NCBI RefSeq assembly: GCF_006345805.1
Contig: NW_021832760.1
Coordinates: 1-32,778 of the forward strand
Length of the DNA: 32,778 nucleotides
Direction of reading: 5' to 3'
Source: Octopus sinensis
Lineage: Eukaryota
Program-made: the position numbers and the translations under genes
Shown: positions 10,670 through 22,280 of the stretch, in pieces
How the letters are laid out: every line of letters begins with the position of its first letter
Position numbering within the stretch: position 1 is the stretch's first letter
Notes under the pieces: model-generated
The model's database searches: none
Seen by the model: the letters and a program-made list of their open reading frames with translations, nothing else
Told to the model about the DNA's origin: nothing

Positions 10670-11699
10670 AGGATAGAATTTCTAATTTTATCCAATGGAA
10701 ATTTTATTTTCAATAAATGGTTTTAGTAATTCGTGTGGTGCATGTATATAAGGTCATTTACTTTTGTATTTGATTGCCAACAGCATGCTAAATTATTATT
10801 GGTTTCTTGATGATTCCATTGACATAATACTTAATCTTAAAAACTCTTGATCTATTTAAATATTACAGCTAGGTAGTCGGAGGGATTGTGAGGTAGTCAA
10901 GGAGCAGGCACAAATCAACAAATGTCTCGCAAGAGCTCACAGAAACTTACTAAGACTTAAGTTGTTTACGTGGTTTATCAAATTTGTTGCAACTTAAATT
11001 TAACAAAAGTTATACAATAACACAAGAACAAAACTAAACAATTATGGCTTCTTTGTTTTTGTTTATTTTCAATGATTTAGTCAAATCTTGGTACTTTTTT
11101 GATAATCGCAATACGAATGTCATGCTCAGGATTCAGGCGATATACTTTGACAAATGGAAGGGTAATGTTTTTTAGATTACTTTCTTCCTGTTAATAGGTG
11201 TTCAACGCCAGATCTTAATGCTCTTGCATATGTGCACTTACAGTTAATCACAGGCGGAATTGTGAACCCGAGGACCGGTGCAATACTCAGATGTTGAGAG
11301 AATGTGGGGGAGCGCAAAATAGCGCAATAAAAGACACAAGAGGACCGCAGACACTCATGGTGAATACTTTGTTGGTATACTCCGATTTAATGTGTAGAAT
11401 TTTTATGAGCAATTTGGACAACGCTTTCGACGAATTATTAGACGCAATCGTTGGATATCGCCCACCGACGTCACACTCGTCGAAACAACTGAACTTTTTG
11501 ACTTAATACTTTTTGACTTGTTCGGTATCGTCTAACACCACTAAGACGTTAAGAATTCAAAATTTTATTAAAAAAAATTAATAATATTTACAAATTCGGC
11601 ATTGTCATTTTTTCATTTATTTCAAATAATCAAAAAAAATTTCCACCATTCAGTTAAAGCCTTATTCGTGCAGCATGAAATCTACAAGTACCAAATTTC

Positions 11700-13062
11700 T
11701 TTACGAAAAGTAGGATTCATTGAATTGTCGACCACCTTTTCTAAGGTTGGGAAATTTGTGAGATTGTATGTTTCTAATCGCCGACGCCACAGAGATAATT
11801 TATTTTGAATGCAGTCATTTTTCGTGGCATTTGAGTATGCTAACATCTGTACCTTGAAGAGATAAACTCAAATTATTCATGTGAGTAAAAATGTCGGTCA
11901 AATAAACCAGCATCTGGATAAATTCGTGGGATTCCAAATATTGCAATAAATCATGATTATATTTATGAAGAAATAATTTTACTTCTTCTCTTAACTCAAA
12001 GATGCGGGGTAAGGCTTGACCTCGTGAGAGCCAGCGAATTTCGGTATGAAATAATAAAATAGAATGATTGTTGCCAAGATCACTCCAAATTGTTTTAAAA
12101 ATTCAATGGTTCATAGCACGACCTTTTATCCAGTTAATAAATTTTACAGTGGTGTTAAGTACATTTTTCAACAATGTGGGAGAGTTTTAACAGCTAATAC
12201 ATAGTGATGAAGAAAACAATGCTTAATCCCTATGTTCGGGATTTCATTCTTTAATAGCTCAGCAAAACCGGACATATTTCCCAGCATTGCTGGAGGACCG
12301 TCTGTACAAATAGACCCTATTGTCTGGATATCCAAATCACGTTTCATAAAAAAATCTCTAACAATGTTAAAGACATCTATTCCTTTCGTGATTATTTTTA
12401 ATTCTTCACAAACCAAAAAATCTTCTTTCAATGCACCATCATGAAAATACCTCACTAGTGCAATAAGTTGACTACAATTAGATATAAGAAAGGACTTGAT
12501 TTGATCTCTGTAATAATTTGAGACAAAATATCACTGCTTAGCTCACATATTCGACTGTGAATTATATTATTGGAGAGCGGAACTGATTCAATCTTGTCTT
12601 GACTCTGTTCCGAGTATTAATGAGACCATTTCCAATGCACATGGTTTAATCAAATCTTCTCCGACTGTATGTGGCTTTTTAGACTTTGCGATGTTATAGT
12701 CCACTTTATAAGAGGCAAGCAAAATCGGTTTATCAAGATATACAAATCCTAAGTTAGGATGAGTCACTTGCGAATCATATCGAGCTCTCTTGATTTTTAG
12801 AGATTTAAATCATTGCCGCTACTATTAGTTCCACCATGTTTATTTAGAAAGTGCTGTTACAGTTTGGAGGGTTTCATATTCTGGTTAGAGAGTATAGCCT
12901 CACATAAGAAATATTTGGGCCTTTGGAGATCATCGATTTTAGTAAATGTAAATCCAAAACAGACATAATCATCATTCCACTTTTTCTAAAAAAATTAACT
13001 ATAAATCTTAAAAATCTCGCACCCCCTAAATTTTTGCTGGCACCCCCGGTTGAAAACTGCTG
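11700..13062 (-). mobile_element. Degraded hAT/Buster transposase with 5' terminus
   Basis: KKPHTVGEDLIKPC; ICTDGPPAMLG; HCFLHHYVL; HTEIRWLSRG; YLTDIFTHMNNLSLSLQG; TIR GGTTGAAAACTGCTG ends at 13062, followed by ATTTAGTG. Confidence 0.9.
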
Positions 13063-13659
13063 ATTTAGTGCATGAATGTTACTCGAATTCTACTTTGGCG
13101 AGCCCTTTTGTTGGTCTGAATTGTTTTCACAGCGTCCTCAATGCTTAGTTCGGTTTCAAATTCATCCAAAACATAAAAAACAAATCAAAAATTGATTTTG
13201 TTTGAAAGCCAATTCTGGAGAGAATTTTATCAAAAATTCTATTTCTGTTATCTAATTTGACTCCTCGTTCCCTCACAAAATATTTTGAAATCGGCAGCTC
13301 TATTTAATCATAAAACGACTTTTCTTAACGTAACTGGTGTCAGTGTCATGCCGCATAAAATTTATCTCATGAAATAGAAATTGGACAGGTTCAGTTTTAT
13401 GAGATCGCCATAAATTAGAATTATTTAATCAAATCCAACTCTTTGAGCGATATGCACCGTAGGTCGCCGTTTTTCATTTAAAATATATTTTATGTACTAT
13501 TATGAAATGTATTTTTAGCTTTTCATAATTTAACGGTACCGATTCTTAGTCGATAAAACTCTAATGACATAGAATATATTTTTTTTAAGTCTAAAAATTG
13601 AAAACCTTATTCTGTGTGATGAAATCATTTCTTGAAAACTTTTGTCACATATTTATATG

Positions 13660-13875
13660 ATTAATTGCGTTTTTTTAGCCAGCGGCCTGACGGATTGCCA
13701 AACTGTTCTCCCTAAGTACGGCGATCAAAAACCGCTGGAAAAGCCAGTGCACCTCCAGAGGATCGTGAGTGCGCATGGATATTTTTACCCCGAGCTTGCG
13801 GAGGAAGTTTTCTGTTTTCAGACCAAGAGCACCCGACGTCTCCAACGCAATCGGTAGCATGAAAAACTTATTTGC
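13660..13875 (-). mobile_element. CRE-clade non-LTR 3' fragment
   Basis: MLPIALETSGALG...FLRKLG...WLFQRFLIAVLRENSLAI*. Confidence 0.8.
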
Positions 13876-14177
13876 GTTATTAGTAAAATGGCAGACTAAA
13901 TGCATAGCAAGTTGTCCAATATGTTACAAAATTAATATTTACATCACTAGCAATCGATTATAAATTTTTTTGATTAATTTAATTTTAACTCGTCTGTGAC
14001 AGAAATAGCAGCGTAATAAAAATCAGTACTATTTTCCTAAAATTTAAACAGATTCTTATAGTTTTACTGTGACTGTGATCGTGATTTAAATCTGCGTTTT
14101 TTGCAAGTTTTTTCGGAATAGAATGCTTGTTTTCTTAATTTCATAAACCAGTTGACTTGACCAGTAAAATATATCAA

Positions 14178-14478
14178 TTCCCATACTAAATGGGTGGAAT
14201 CAATAAAAAACTACGTGGAATCAATAAAAGTGGGCATAAACTATGATTACTTTAGTTAAAAATATTATAGAATAAAATGTCACGTAAATTATTAGAAGAG
14301 AAATATCAGCTCACGTGAAAAGAGTTTGGTGTTAATTCCATTAGTTTGGTATTAATCCCACTTAGTTTTCTATTGAGGCCACTTAGTTTCCTGGTAATCA
14401 TACGTCGTTTGTCATTGAGTTCATTTATTTTTCTATTGATTTTACTTAGTTTCTTGTTAATCCCATTTAGTATGAGAA
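14178..14478. mobile_element. MITE with ~21-bp periodic subterminal repeats
   Basis: TIRs TTCCCATACTAAATGGG / CCCATTTAGTATGAGAA (1 mismatch); ~21-bp period units (CCACTTAGTTTTCTATTGAGG-like) create the spurious heptad ORF at 14306-14524. Confidence 0.65.
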
Positions 14479-14632
14479 ATGGTATATTCTTCATAATACT
14501 TCTGTGAATACAGTTTCTATACAATATATTTCACCGATGTCAATTGCCAGAACAATAAACTGATTATTTTTATGTTAGATAAAATAAATAGACGAAAACC
14601 TTAATTGAAGTTTGGATAACTATTGAAACAAG

Positions 14633-15697
14633 TTTTTTTTTTTTTTTTTTTTTTTTTTTATTAAAGAATGTTAAAAGAAAATGAGAGAACAAGAATCCGA
14701 ACTAATTAAGAAGATCATTGTCTCCAGAAAACCCTTTCCATTGAACATCCAACAGGGAGTGTGCACAAGTCTGAGTCGTCGCCGTTATGTTCGGAAAGGG
14801 AGTAGAACCGACTCCGTTACAACAGACATATGCATAGATCTGAAGGAAATCCTTAGATTAGGTGATTCTGGTGGCCAACGCAACACACGCGTGTAATTAA
14901 GAAGATCATTGTCTCCAGAAAACCCTTTCCATTGAACATCCAACAGGGAGTGTGCACAAGTCTGAGTCGTCGCCGTTATGTTCGGAAAGGGGAGTAGAAC
15001 CGACTCCGTTACAACAGACATATGCATAGATCTGAAGGAAACCCTTAGATTAGGTGATTCTGGTGGCCAACGCAACACACGCGTGTAATTAAGAAGATCA
15101 TTGTCTCCAGAAAACCCTTTCCATTGAACATCCAACAGGGAGTGTGCACAAGTCTGAGTCGTCGCCGTTATGTTCGGAAAGGGGAGTAGAACCGACTCCG
15201 TTACAACAGACATATGCATAGATCTGAAGGAAATCCTTAGATTAGGTGATTCTGGTGGCCAACGCAACACACGCGTGTAATTAAGAAGATCATTGTCTCC
15301 AGAAAACCCTTTCCATTGAACATCCAACAGGGAGTGTGCACAAGTCTGAGTCGTCGCCGTTATGTTCGGAAAGGGGAGTAGAACCGACTCCGTTACAACA
15401 GACATATGCATACATCTGAAGGAAATCCTTAGATTAGGTGATTCTGGTGGCCAACGCAACACACTAATAGAAACCACGAGCGCAACCGCGTGTAATAAGA
15501 AGATCATTGTCTCCAGAAAACCCTTCCATTGAAGATCCAACAGGGAATGTGCACAAGTCTGAGTCGTCGCCGTATGTTCGGAAGGGGAGTAGAACCGACT
15601 CCGTTACAACAGACATATGCATACATCTGAAGGAAATCCTTAGATTAGTGATTCTGGTGGCCAACGCATCACAGTAATAGAAACCAACGAGCGCAGC
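14633..15697 (-). repeat. Poly(A)-tailed tandem array of about five 191-214 bp units encoding 64-aa repeats (retrocopy-like)
   Basis: The same AAGATC motif starts at 14711, 14902, 15094, 15286 and 15500. T27 at 14633-14659; in-frame TAG at 14704-14702; 23-nt GT..AG segment at 15464-15486 absent from the three downstream junctions. Confidence 0.9.
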
Positions 15698-16109
15698 TTT
15701 ATCCAAGATATTTTACTTTACCAGTAGTCAATTTAATTAATAGAAATGCACAACACAAGAAGAATATAGCGTGTGTACACCTAGTTGAATCGGGAAAATG
15801 CATAAATACGGCCTGCTTGTCAGTGAATTAGATTTCATATTGCTAAATTGAACATTGTACCTATGGTGCTAACGTAAAATGGTATTGCAGGCAATTTTTA
15901 CATGCGCTCAAAGTAGATAATTCAATAAAGGCATATATTCAGATTATTTTGATAAGAAAAACCCTCCTAAAAATACGAGTTGAATACAGAATTGGATGGA
16001 TTGACAAAGACATCTGTTAACAGATTGAGATAAACAATTTGATAATCTAAAAAGGACACTTTAAAAGATGGAATTACTAAGACAAGAATGTAGAGCTAGG
16101 AAGTGAGAC

Positions 16110-16940
16110 TTATTATTATTATCCGCAACTTCCGTAGAAACATAATAGTTATATTTCCACACGTGCGGCACTTGAAACGATTTTCTTGATAATCCTTGTC
16201 CAACCTCCCCTGTTGCATGCTAGACTTCTCATTGCGTTCAGATCCTCCCAATTTTTAAGCTTGCGGTTGATTGATTTGAAGTCAGCATCCAGCACCTCCG
16301 GTAGAGTGCTGCGCGGGCGTCCCCGAAATTTCTTTTCACTAGCGGCAAAATATTCTTCCATTGCCAAGTTTGCGGGTGACATCAGGTCCATCCGTAGGAC
16401 ATGTCCAAACAGTCTCCATCGGGCTTCCATCACATCCAGAGTTACAGGTTGCGCTGAGCATTTACGGTAAAGTGCCCCGTTGTTGATCCGGGTCGGCCAT
16501 TGTACCCCACATAATATACGCAGTTGTCTTCGGTGGGAGGAGTTAAGGTTTTTAATTTCGGAAGCAGAGATCCCCCAACAGGAGGAGTTGTATAGCAAGA
16601 CCGGTTTCACAAATGCATTGTAGAGGCGCAAACGAAGCGCAGTCGTTGCCGGCCTGTTAGCCAACCAATTCGTTTTCAGCCTGTTCAACGCGGCTGTCGA
16701 TAGTACTTTCCTCCGGGTAATGTCCTCACTATCTCCGAGGAGTGTGCCCAGTTTTCTGGAACGTCTCCATTCATCATCTAGTCTTGAATTCGTGCGTGCG
16801 ACTTCCGTGATTTCCGTTTTGGTTGTGTTCACAGTGAGGAACCATTTTCCAAGCTCTGCAGGGGAAACATCAAGTAACCGCCTCAGGGCTGCTGTGTCGT
16901 GTGATACAAAATCCACATCGTCAGCGTATACAATTTCGGT
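16110..16940 (-). mobile_element. 5'-truncated RTE-like LINE (reverse transcriptase C-terminal part)
   Basis: EIVYADDVDF catalytic motif near 16935-16905; uninterrupted 255-aa ORF with VNTTKTE, LYNAFVKPVLLY, RWRLFGHVLRM, RGRPR; short 3' UTR ending in (TAA)n at 16110-16121. Confidence 0.9.
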
Positions 16941-17037
16941 TCGAAATCAAATCTGAATTTTTATGAAATAGTTAAATAGTATTTTTTTATTGTATCACAT
17001 TATATAATAATTAAACTACGCGGGATCATATTATAAT

Positions 17038-19560
17038 ATGGAAATGCGTTGTTGTGATTCCATAATCAAAAAACTATTTGATTACCAACGAGACGGTGTT
17101 TTATGGATCCAAAAGACCTTACAAAAATCAAAAGGGGCAATCCTGGGTGATGAGATGGGGTATTTTCCATATTAACTAATCCAGACTCGGAAAAACTCTT
17201 CAAGCTATCGCATACATCCAGTCTCTATATGAAGAAGACACTTCTCTTCTCATTCTAATAATTGTTCCTGCCAATCTCCTCAAGAATTGGGAAAATGAAA
17301 TTTCTAAATGGTCTGTTATTTCTTAACATTATTTCCAGGAAAACTACATTTCCATATTATAAATTCTACGGAAGAGAAAAGCTAGAATATTTCCGTCGTT
17401 TTTTGAATCGTCGGGGGGTCCTTTTGACGACCTACACCACAGTCCTCAACTCTGCAGACAACCTGAGAAACACATTTTTGTACTGTTTTTTTTCTTAATA
17501 GGACTTGATCGTAGTGGATGAGGCACATGTTCTCCGAAATCAAACCAAATCTGCTAAAATCCTTAATTCTTTGAAGAGTCATCGACGATTAGCCCTCACT
17601 GGGACACCTTTGCAGAACAATCTTATGGTCTTTATTTTAGGCTATTCTAGGAATTGTGGGCACTTGTGGATTTTGTTACGAGTGGAACCCATCAATTGGG
17701 GACGATGAAGCACTTTAAGGAAACTTTCGCTACAAAAATCAGCAGAGTGTGTTATTTTCTTTCATTTTAGGCAAATGAGCGAGGAACGAGTGCAGTTGTC
17801 CAAGGATTGGGGGAGACTCGACTTAGAAAACTTAAAGAAATGGTTGATCCTCTCATTCTGCGGAGAACTAAAGACCAAATTGAACTTAAATCGACTGGTC
17901 TGTCTGAAATCCCACCAAAACTGGATTTGGTATGTTGGACTTTTGAATGATCATCAAATATCAATCTATCAACAATTATTGTCCTCCAAACAAGTCAGAG
18001 AGGTATTCTCTTATGTAATCCCAGTCAATGACTTCGACGAGGTCCCCACTCATTGAGATTGTCAATTTGAAAAAAACTTTGTGACCATCCTGACCTTCTT
18101 CATATTCTCTGTGGTGGAAACATACTTAAAGAGTCCAATGGGGATCCTGATGTGGAATTGCTGTATATTTTTGGTTGATTTTAAGTTACCGTCGGTTGAA
18201 ACAGCAGTCCCCTGATCCTCTCTCCCTCATCAAGGGATCTGGAAAACTGGCATTTGCTGTCCGATTGCTTAACACTTTGGCAAAAGATGGACATCGGACA
18301 CTCGTTTTCTCTCGATCTCTGAAAGTTCTTGACATTCTTGAGAAGATTCTTCTTAGCCAAGTTGGAGTTTTCTAAAACATTTCAGGGTCACCGATTACTT
18401 CGAATGGACGGAAATGTCCAAATGGAAAGGAGAGGAGAAATTGTGGACGCCTTTCAAAACCCAGTAAAATCCCCAAATTTTTTGCTTTTGACGACAATGG
18501 TTGGAGGAGTTGGACTTACTTTGACCTTTGCGGACAGAGTTTTGATATGTACATCAATTTTGGGTTTAATTTAAGACGATCCGAGTTGGAATCCTGCTAG
18601 TGATAGTCAAGCCATTGGAAGGGCTCATAGAGTCGGTCAAACCCGCCCAGTGGTTTATAGGCTAATCAGTTGTGGGACCGTCGAGGAGTTTATTTATCGT
18701 CGGCAAATATTCAAAGACACTATAAACCGAGGAGTAACTGTCCCTGGGGATACAGAAAATACATCACTTAACCGACATTTTTCGTATCTTGAACTCTACG
18801 AGCTTTTCAAGTTCAATATTGAGGATGCTCGTGTTTCGAGAACCAAAGAACAGTTGAACGAGCTTACTTCCTCTATTCCATCAGAGTTTGCGGACTGTCT
18901 GAAGAGTTTAATTGGTTTTCCTGGTAAAATTCGTAAAATGTCAGTTTTAGATTGTTATGGTGTTTCAAATCATGAATTAACATTTTCTGGATCCAGCGAG
19001 ACTTTCGTGAATGAAGAGGGAACCAAACTCACGATAGACCACCTTGATCAATTGGCAGTTGATTGTTCTTCTATTCCTAATTCTGAGTGCAAACAAGAAG
19101 GTAATCCCGTTTTATTTGATTTTTCAGTCATTTCTATTTCAGATGTTTGTCCATCCAGAGAATCGTCTTTAGAAGAACGTTTTTCTAATGCTTTGATATT
19201 TGAGAGTGAATCTTCGCAAGACGGTATTCTGTTTTATTTTAGTTTAAAGGTGGCATGGTTTTAGCATCCGATTCTTCGAATGCTTCTGATGTGAGAGACG
19301 TGGGTGACTCAGAATCGTCCTTGTTGTCTTCAATTGCTGATAGTTCTGGTGGGTTATTGATATCGTAGAATTATATGTCGAGGATAGTTTTGAGGGAGCT
19401 GACGTGGGGTATGATTGTTCGGGGATTAGGTATTTGACATTTGTGACGTTGCAGAGAACTAATGAGTACTGGTGATTACTTAACAGCGATGGAGCTTACT
19501 CTTGAAGCACTTGACGTTTTGCCTGATGATACAGGTCTTTGTAAATGGCTATCCAGTTAA
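17038..19560 (+). CDS. ERCC6L: ERCC6L/PICH SNF2-family DNA translocase (multi-exon; several homopolymer indels)
   Basis: GAILGDEMG|[74 protein letters not shown]; C-terminal TPR-like [25 protein letters not shown]; introns of 22-28 nt (first at 17160-17184). Confidence 0.88.
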
Positions 19561-20239
19561 GAAATATTTATTTGTATATTTAATAAGTCAAATTCAGGGA
19601 AACTATGATCGTCGGAATATTTAGCATTCTTAAACTTTGTATATTCTTTATTTGCAAATTAGTCTCTTTTTGTGAATCATACAAATCGGAATTAAGTTTA
19701 ATATTTGACTATTTGCTTTTTGTTGAGATGAAAATTAAAAAAAAACTGCAAGATTCAAACTGTATTTAGAGGAATTAACATTACAATCAACGATTGAAAA
19801 GTCTGTTTCTTTAACTATGATACGACAGGAGTCTTTTTTTAAAGTACATCCAATTAGAATTATGGGTCTGAACTCTTAAAAAGGTGGATTATGTGGTAAC
19901 CGACTAATATAAATTAACGAAGCGTGTATATTAAAACAGTATAACCTACAAAGGAGAATTTCGATATCAAAAGATCTCATCTACAAGATCACTAATTAAT
20001 TTTGAACTTTTTTGCCCCTTCAATTAACAATTAACTTCCAAGATTCAAACTGTAACAGCATATCCATGTGATTTTAATCATGTCTAATAATAATAATAAT
20101 TTTCATCGATTAATTTAATTAACTCAGAATGATTAAATTAAAATTTCCTTTCATTTTTGGGGAGCTAATTTAGTTCTAGAATTGTTTCAAGTTTGTTAAT
20201 AAATTTTTTTTTGATTTTCAAATTGGACGATGCCTCCAA

Positions 20240-20400
20240 ATTCCCTAGCGGGTCACCCTGTTGCACGCCAGTCTCCGAACGGATGATCTCATTCCCATAT
20301 ACAGGACTGCTCTCCGAACCGTAGGCAAGAGAGACAAGATGGATTATTTCAGGTGCTGTCCGAGAGCATGTTTCCAAAATGGCATCGCGGCGCACTTTTC
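20240..20400 (-). mobile_element. CRE-clade reverse transcriptase fragment
   Basis: VRRDAILETC...AYGSESS..YGNEIIRSETGVQQGDPLG. Adjacent GC-richer sequence to about 20850 may belong to the same element. Confidence 0.8.
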
Positions 20401-21199
20401 AGCAATTAAGTCTCGGGCAGTTTCTTTCGGCGAGGAATGCGACAATCTTGTCCTACCCTTCCCTCTTTCTTCTCTCAGGGAGTCTGACTTATAAGAAATG
20501 GCATCGGACAGAACGCCGGATGATCAAGCGAGTGAATCGGAAGCTCCTCGAATTTCTTAAATAATCTTATTACGAAAAAATTATTGCGTCTGCTTTCAGT
20601 CGATTCTCCTCTTCTCGAGACCGAGAAATGTCTTCGACGGGTACACTTATCCATTTTTCAGGGAAAGCCATTTTGTGGTTTTTCGAGTCGATTTAATTGA
20701 CTTCGCCGCTCTAGGAGGGAGTTTTATACTCCGGGGCAGCTTTCCAATGTTCTCTTGTCACGATGACTGGATATAAGCTTGCGTGATTCCTGACTTGTAA
20801 GGGTTCTGGTATTGTTATAGAATCAGGATGTTATTCCATCCCACGTAAAATAAATAAAATTTATATTTTCATTTTTACATTATAGACAATAACAAATATT
20901 AGGTAAGTAAGTAATTGTCGTTATTGGGACATTACAAAATCATGTCTGGTTTCGCGGGATCGGTCTATCTTTAAATGGTGTAGTGCGAACCGTAAAATAT
21001 AATGACGAAGATCAATAAGGTCAAAAATGTATCTCTCTATTTTAAAAAATTAAAAAATAATAATTTTAAGGTAAATACATTTCAAAATTCGACTTTGTAT
21101 ATAAATGAAACGTGCTTGTTGTAAACTTCATTAAGTTAAACTCATAAAGATGTCCAATTCACACCAAGTTAACACAGAGAGACTTAAGCAAAAAATATG

Positions 21200-21500
21200 G
21201 TATTAAAACTATCACTATATCGGATTTCCAGAAAAACTATAATAAATATTTGGACATATGTATGACAATTCAAACAGCAAGAAAAAATATTTTAATTGCA
21301 ATTATAAGTTCACTCGGGAACGGTTTTGGATCTCTTTACTATGTGATATCTGGACCTATCATTCAGGCGAAAGCAATTTTATGTGTAAAATCCCTTGGCT
21401 TTGATGATTTCAAATCATCCAATGGCTGGCTAGATTCCTGGAAGTGATACTATTCCATTGAAGCTTATTCCAGTTGTGGTGAAAAAGCAGATGTTGGTAA
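21200..21500 (+). mobile_element. Tigger/TIGD-like transposase remnant (CENP-B HTH)
   Basis: ISGPIIQAKA...LGFDDFKSSNGWLDSWK...CGEKADV. Confidence 0.8.
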
Positions 21501-21619
21501 TATTGGTAATCCAGATAACGATTATACAAGTTCCACTTTATTTATTTACTCATTTTTAAAAACTTAACGTATTTTTTCGATTATGATACGCAGACTTTTG
21601 CCATATAATTAATTCCAAT

Positions 21620-21800
21620 AGATTGGGTGCGCTTTATAATCAATAATCAAAAGAAATTACAAATGTTCGACAGATTGTCAAACTTACTTTACGGACGGAC
21701 ATTGTGCAATTTCCAACTTTAAATTCAAAATACACGTATATTAAAGATCAACCCTCACAAACATCACAATCATGCATTAATAAGCTGGAAAGTAGAATGC
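21620..21800 (+). mobile_element. Possible Mutator/FLYWCH zinc-finger remnant
   Basis: Frameshifted YKCSTDCQTYF...HHNHAL pattern only. Confidence 0.25.
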
Positions 21801-22029
21801 GATGGAGAAAATAGACTATGCCATTATTTTTCCTGTAACAGTATAAAAACACTATGACTTACCCTGACAGCGCTGGTTGATTGATTGATTTTCGAGGTCT
21901 GCCACTACGAATATAAATTTTCGATTTTACGTCATCTCGTAAAGCCGATCGAAAATTATAAAGTCGGAACCACCACTACCCCTTCTACCCCCGTACTCGT
22001 CTCAGTTCAGTTTTGGATTGTACAAGCAA

Positions 22030-22280
22030 CATGGCATCAAAAAGAGCAAGTTGTACCGCAGCGTTCAAAAGTCATCAAAGTAGCAGAGGGCAACAGAGAA
22101 GCTGGAAGAAAATTCAATATTAGTCAAATTAAAATCCGTGGTTGGAGAAAGAAGAAAAACTCATCACTGAAAGAAAAAGCAACAGCAAAAGCATCAGGAA
22201 GAAAAGCAATGTTCCCAGAGTTCGAGGAAGAACTTCTTAAAAAGATTTCTGAGAGAAGAGCTGCAAGGTGTATCATCAAT
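22030..22280 (+). mobile_element. pogo (POGK-like) transposase 5' fragment
   Basis: MASKRASCTAAFK..VIKVAEGNREAGRKFNIS...IRGWRK (Brinker-type DNA-binding domain) and GRKAMFPEFEEEL. Confidence 0.8.

Noticed and set aside
10740-11560. GC-richer patch with a 71-aa ORF
   Set aside because: No motif recognised in any frame; left unannotated.
14306-14524. Coiled-coil-like 72-aa ORF
   Set aside because: The heptad pattern arises from the 21-bp MITE repeats.
14702-15697. CRISPR array, hammerhead retrozyme, U3 snoRNA or spliced-leader RNA array
   Set aside because: No unique spacers or cas genes; no CUGANGA-stem-GAAA core on either strand; U3- and 18S-like words (GATCATT, AAACCACGAG) are too short; no Sm-binding site.
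14612-15706. 8-bp inverted repeat TTGGATAA/TTATCCAA around the array as TIRs
   Set aside because: Too short, does not extend, has no TSD, and is expected by chance in AT-rich DNA.
16186-16956. Plus-strand ORFs over the LINE (and similar antisense ORFs over NPEPPS, EFHB and the hATs)
   Set aside because: Shadow frames of recognisable coding sequence on the opposite strand.
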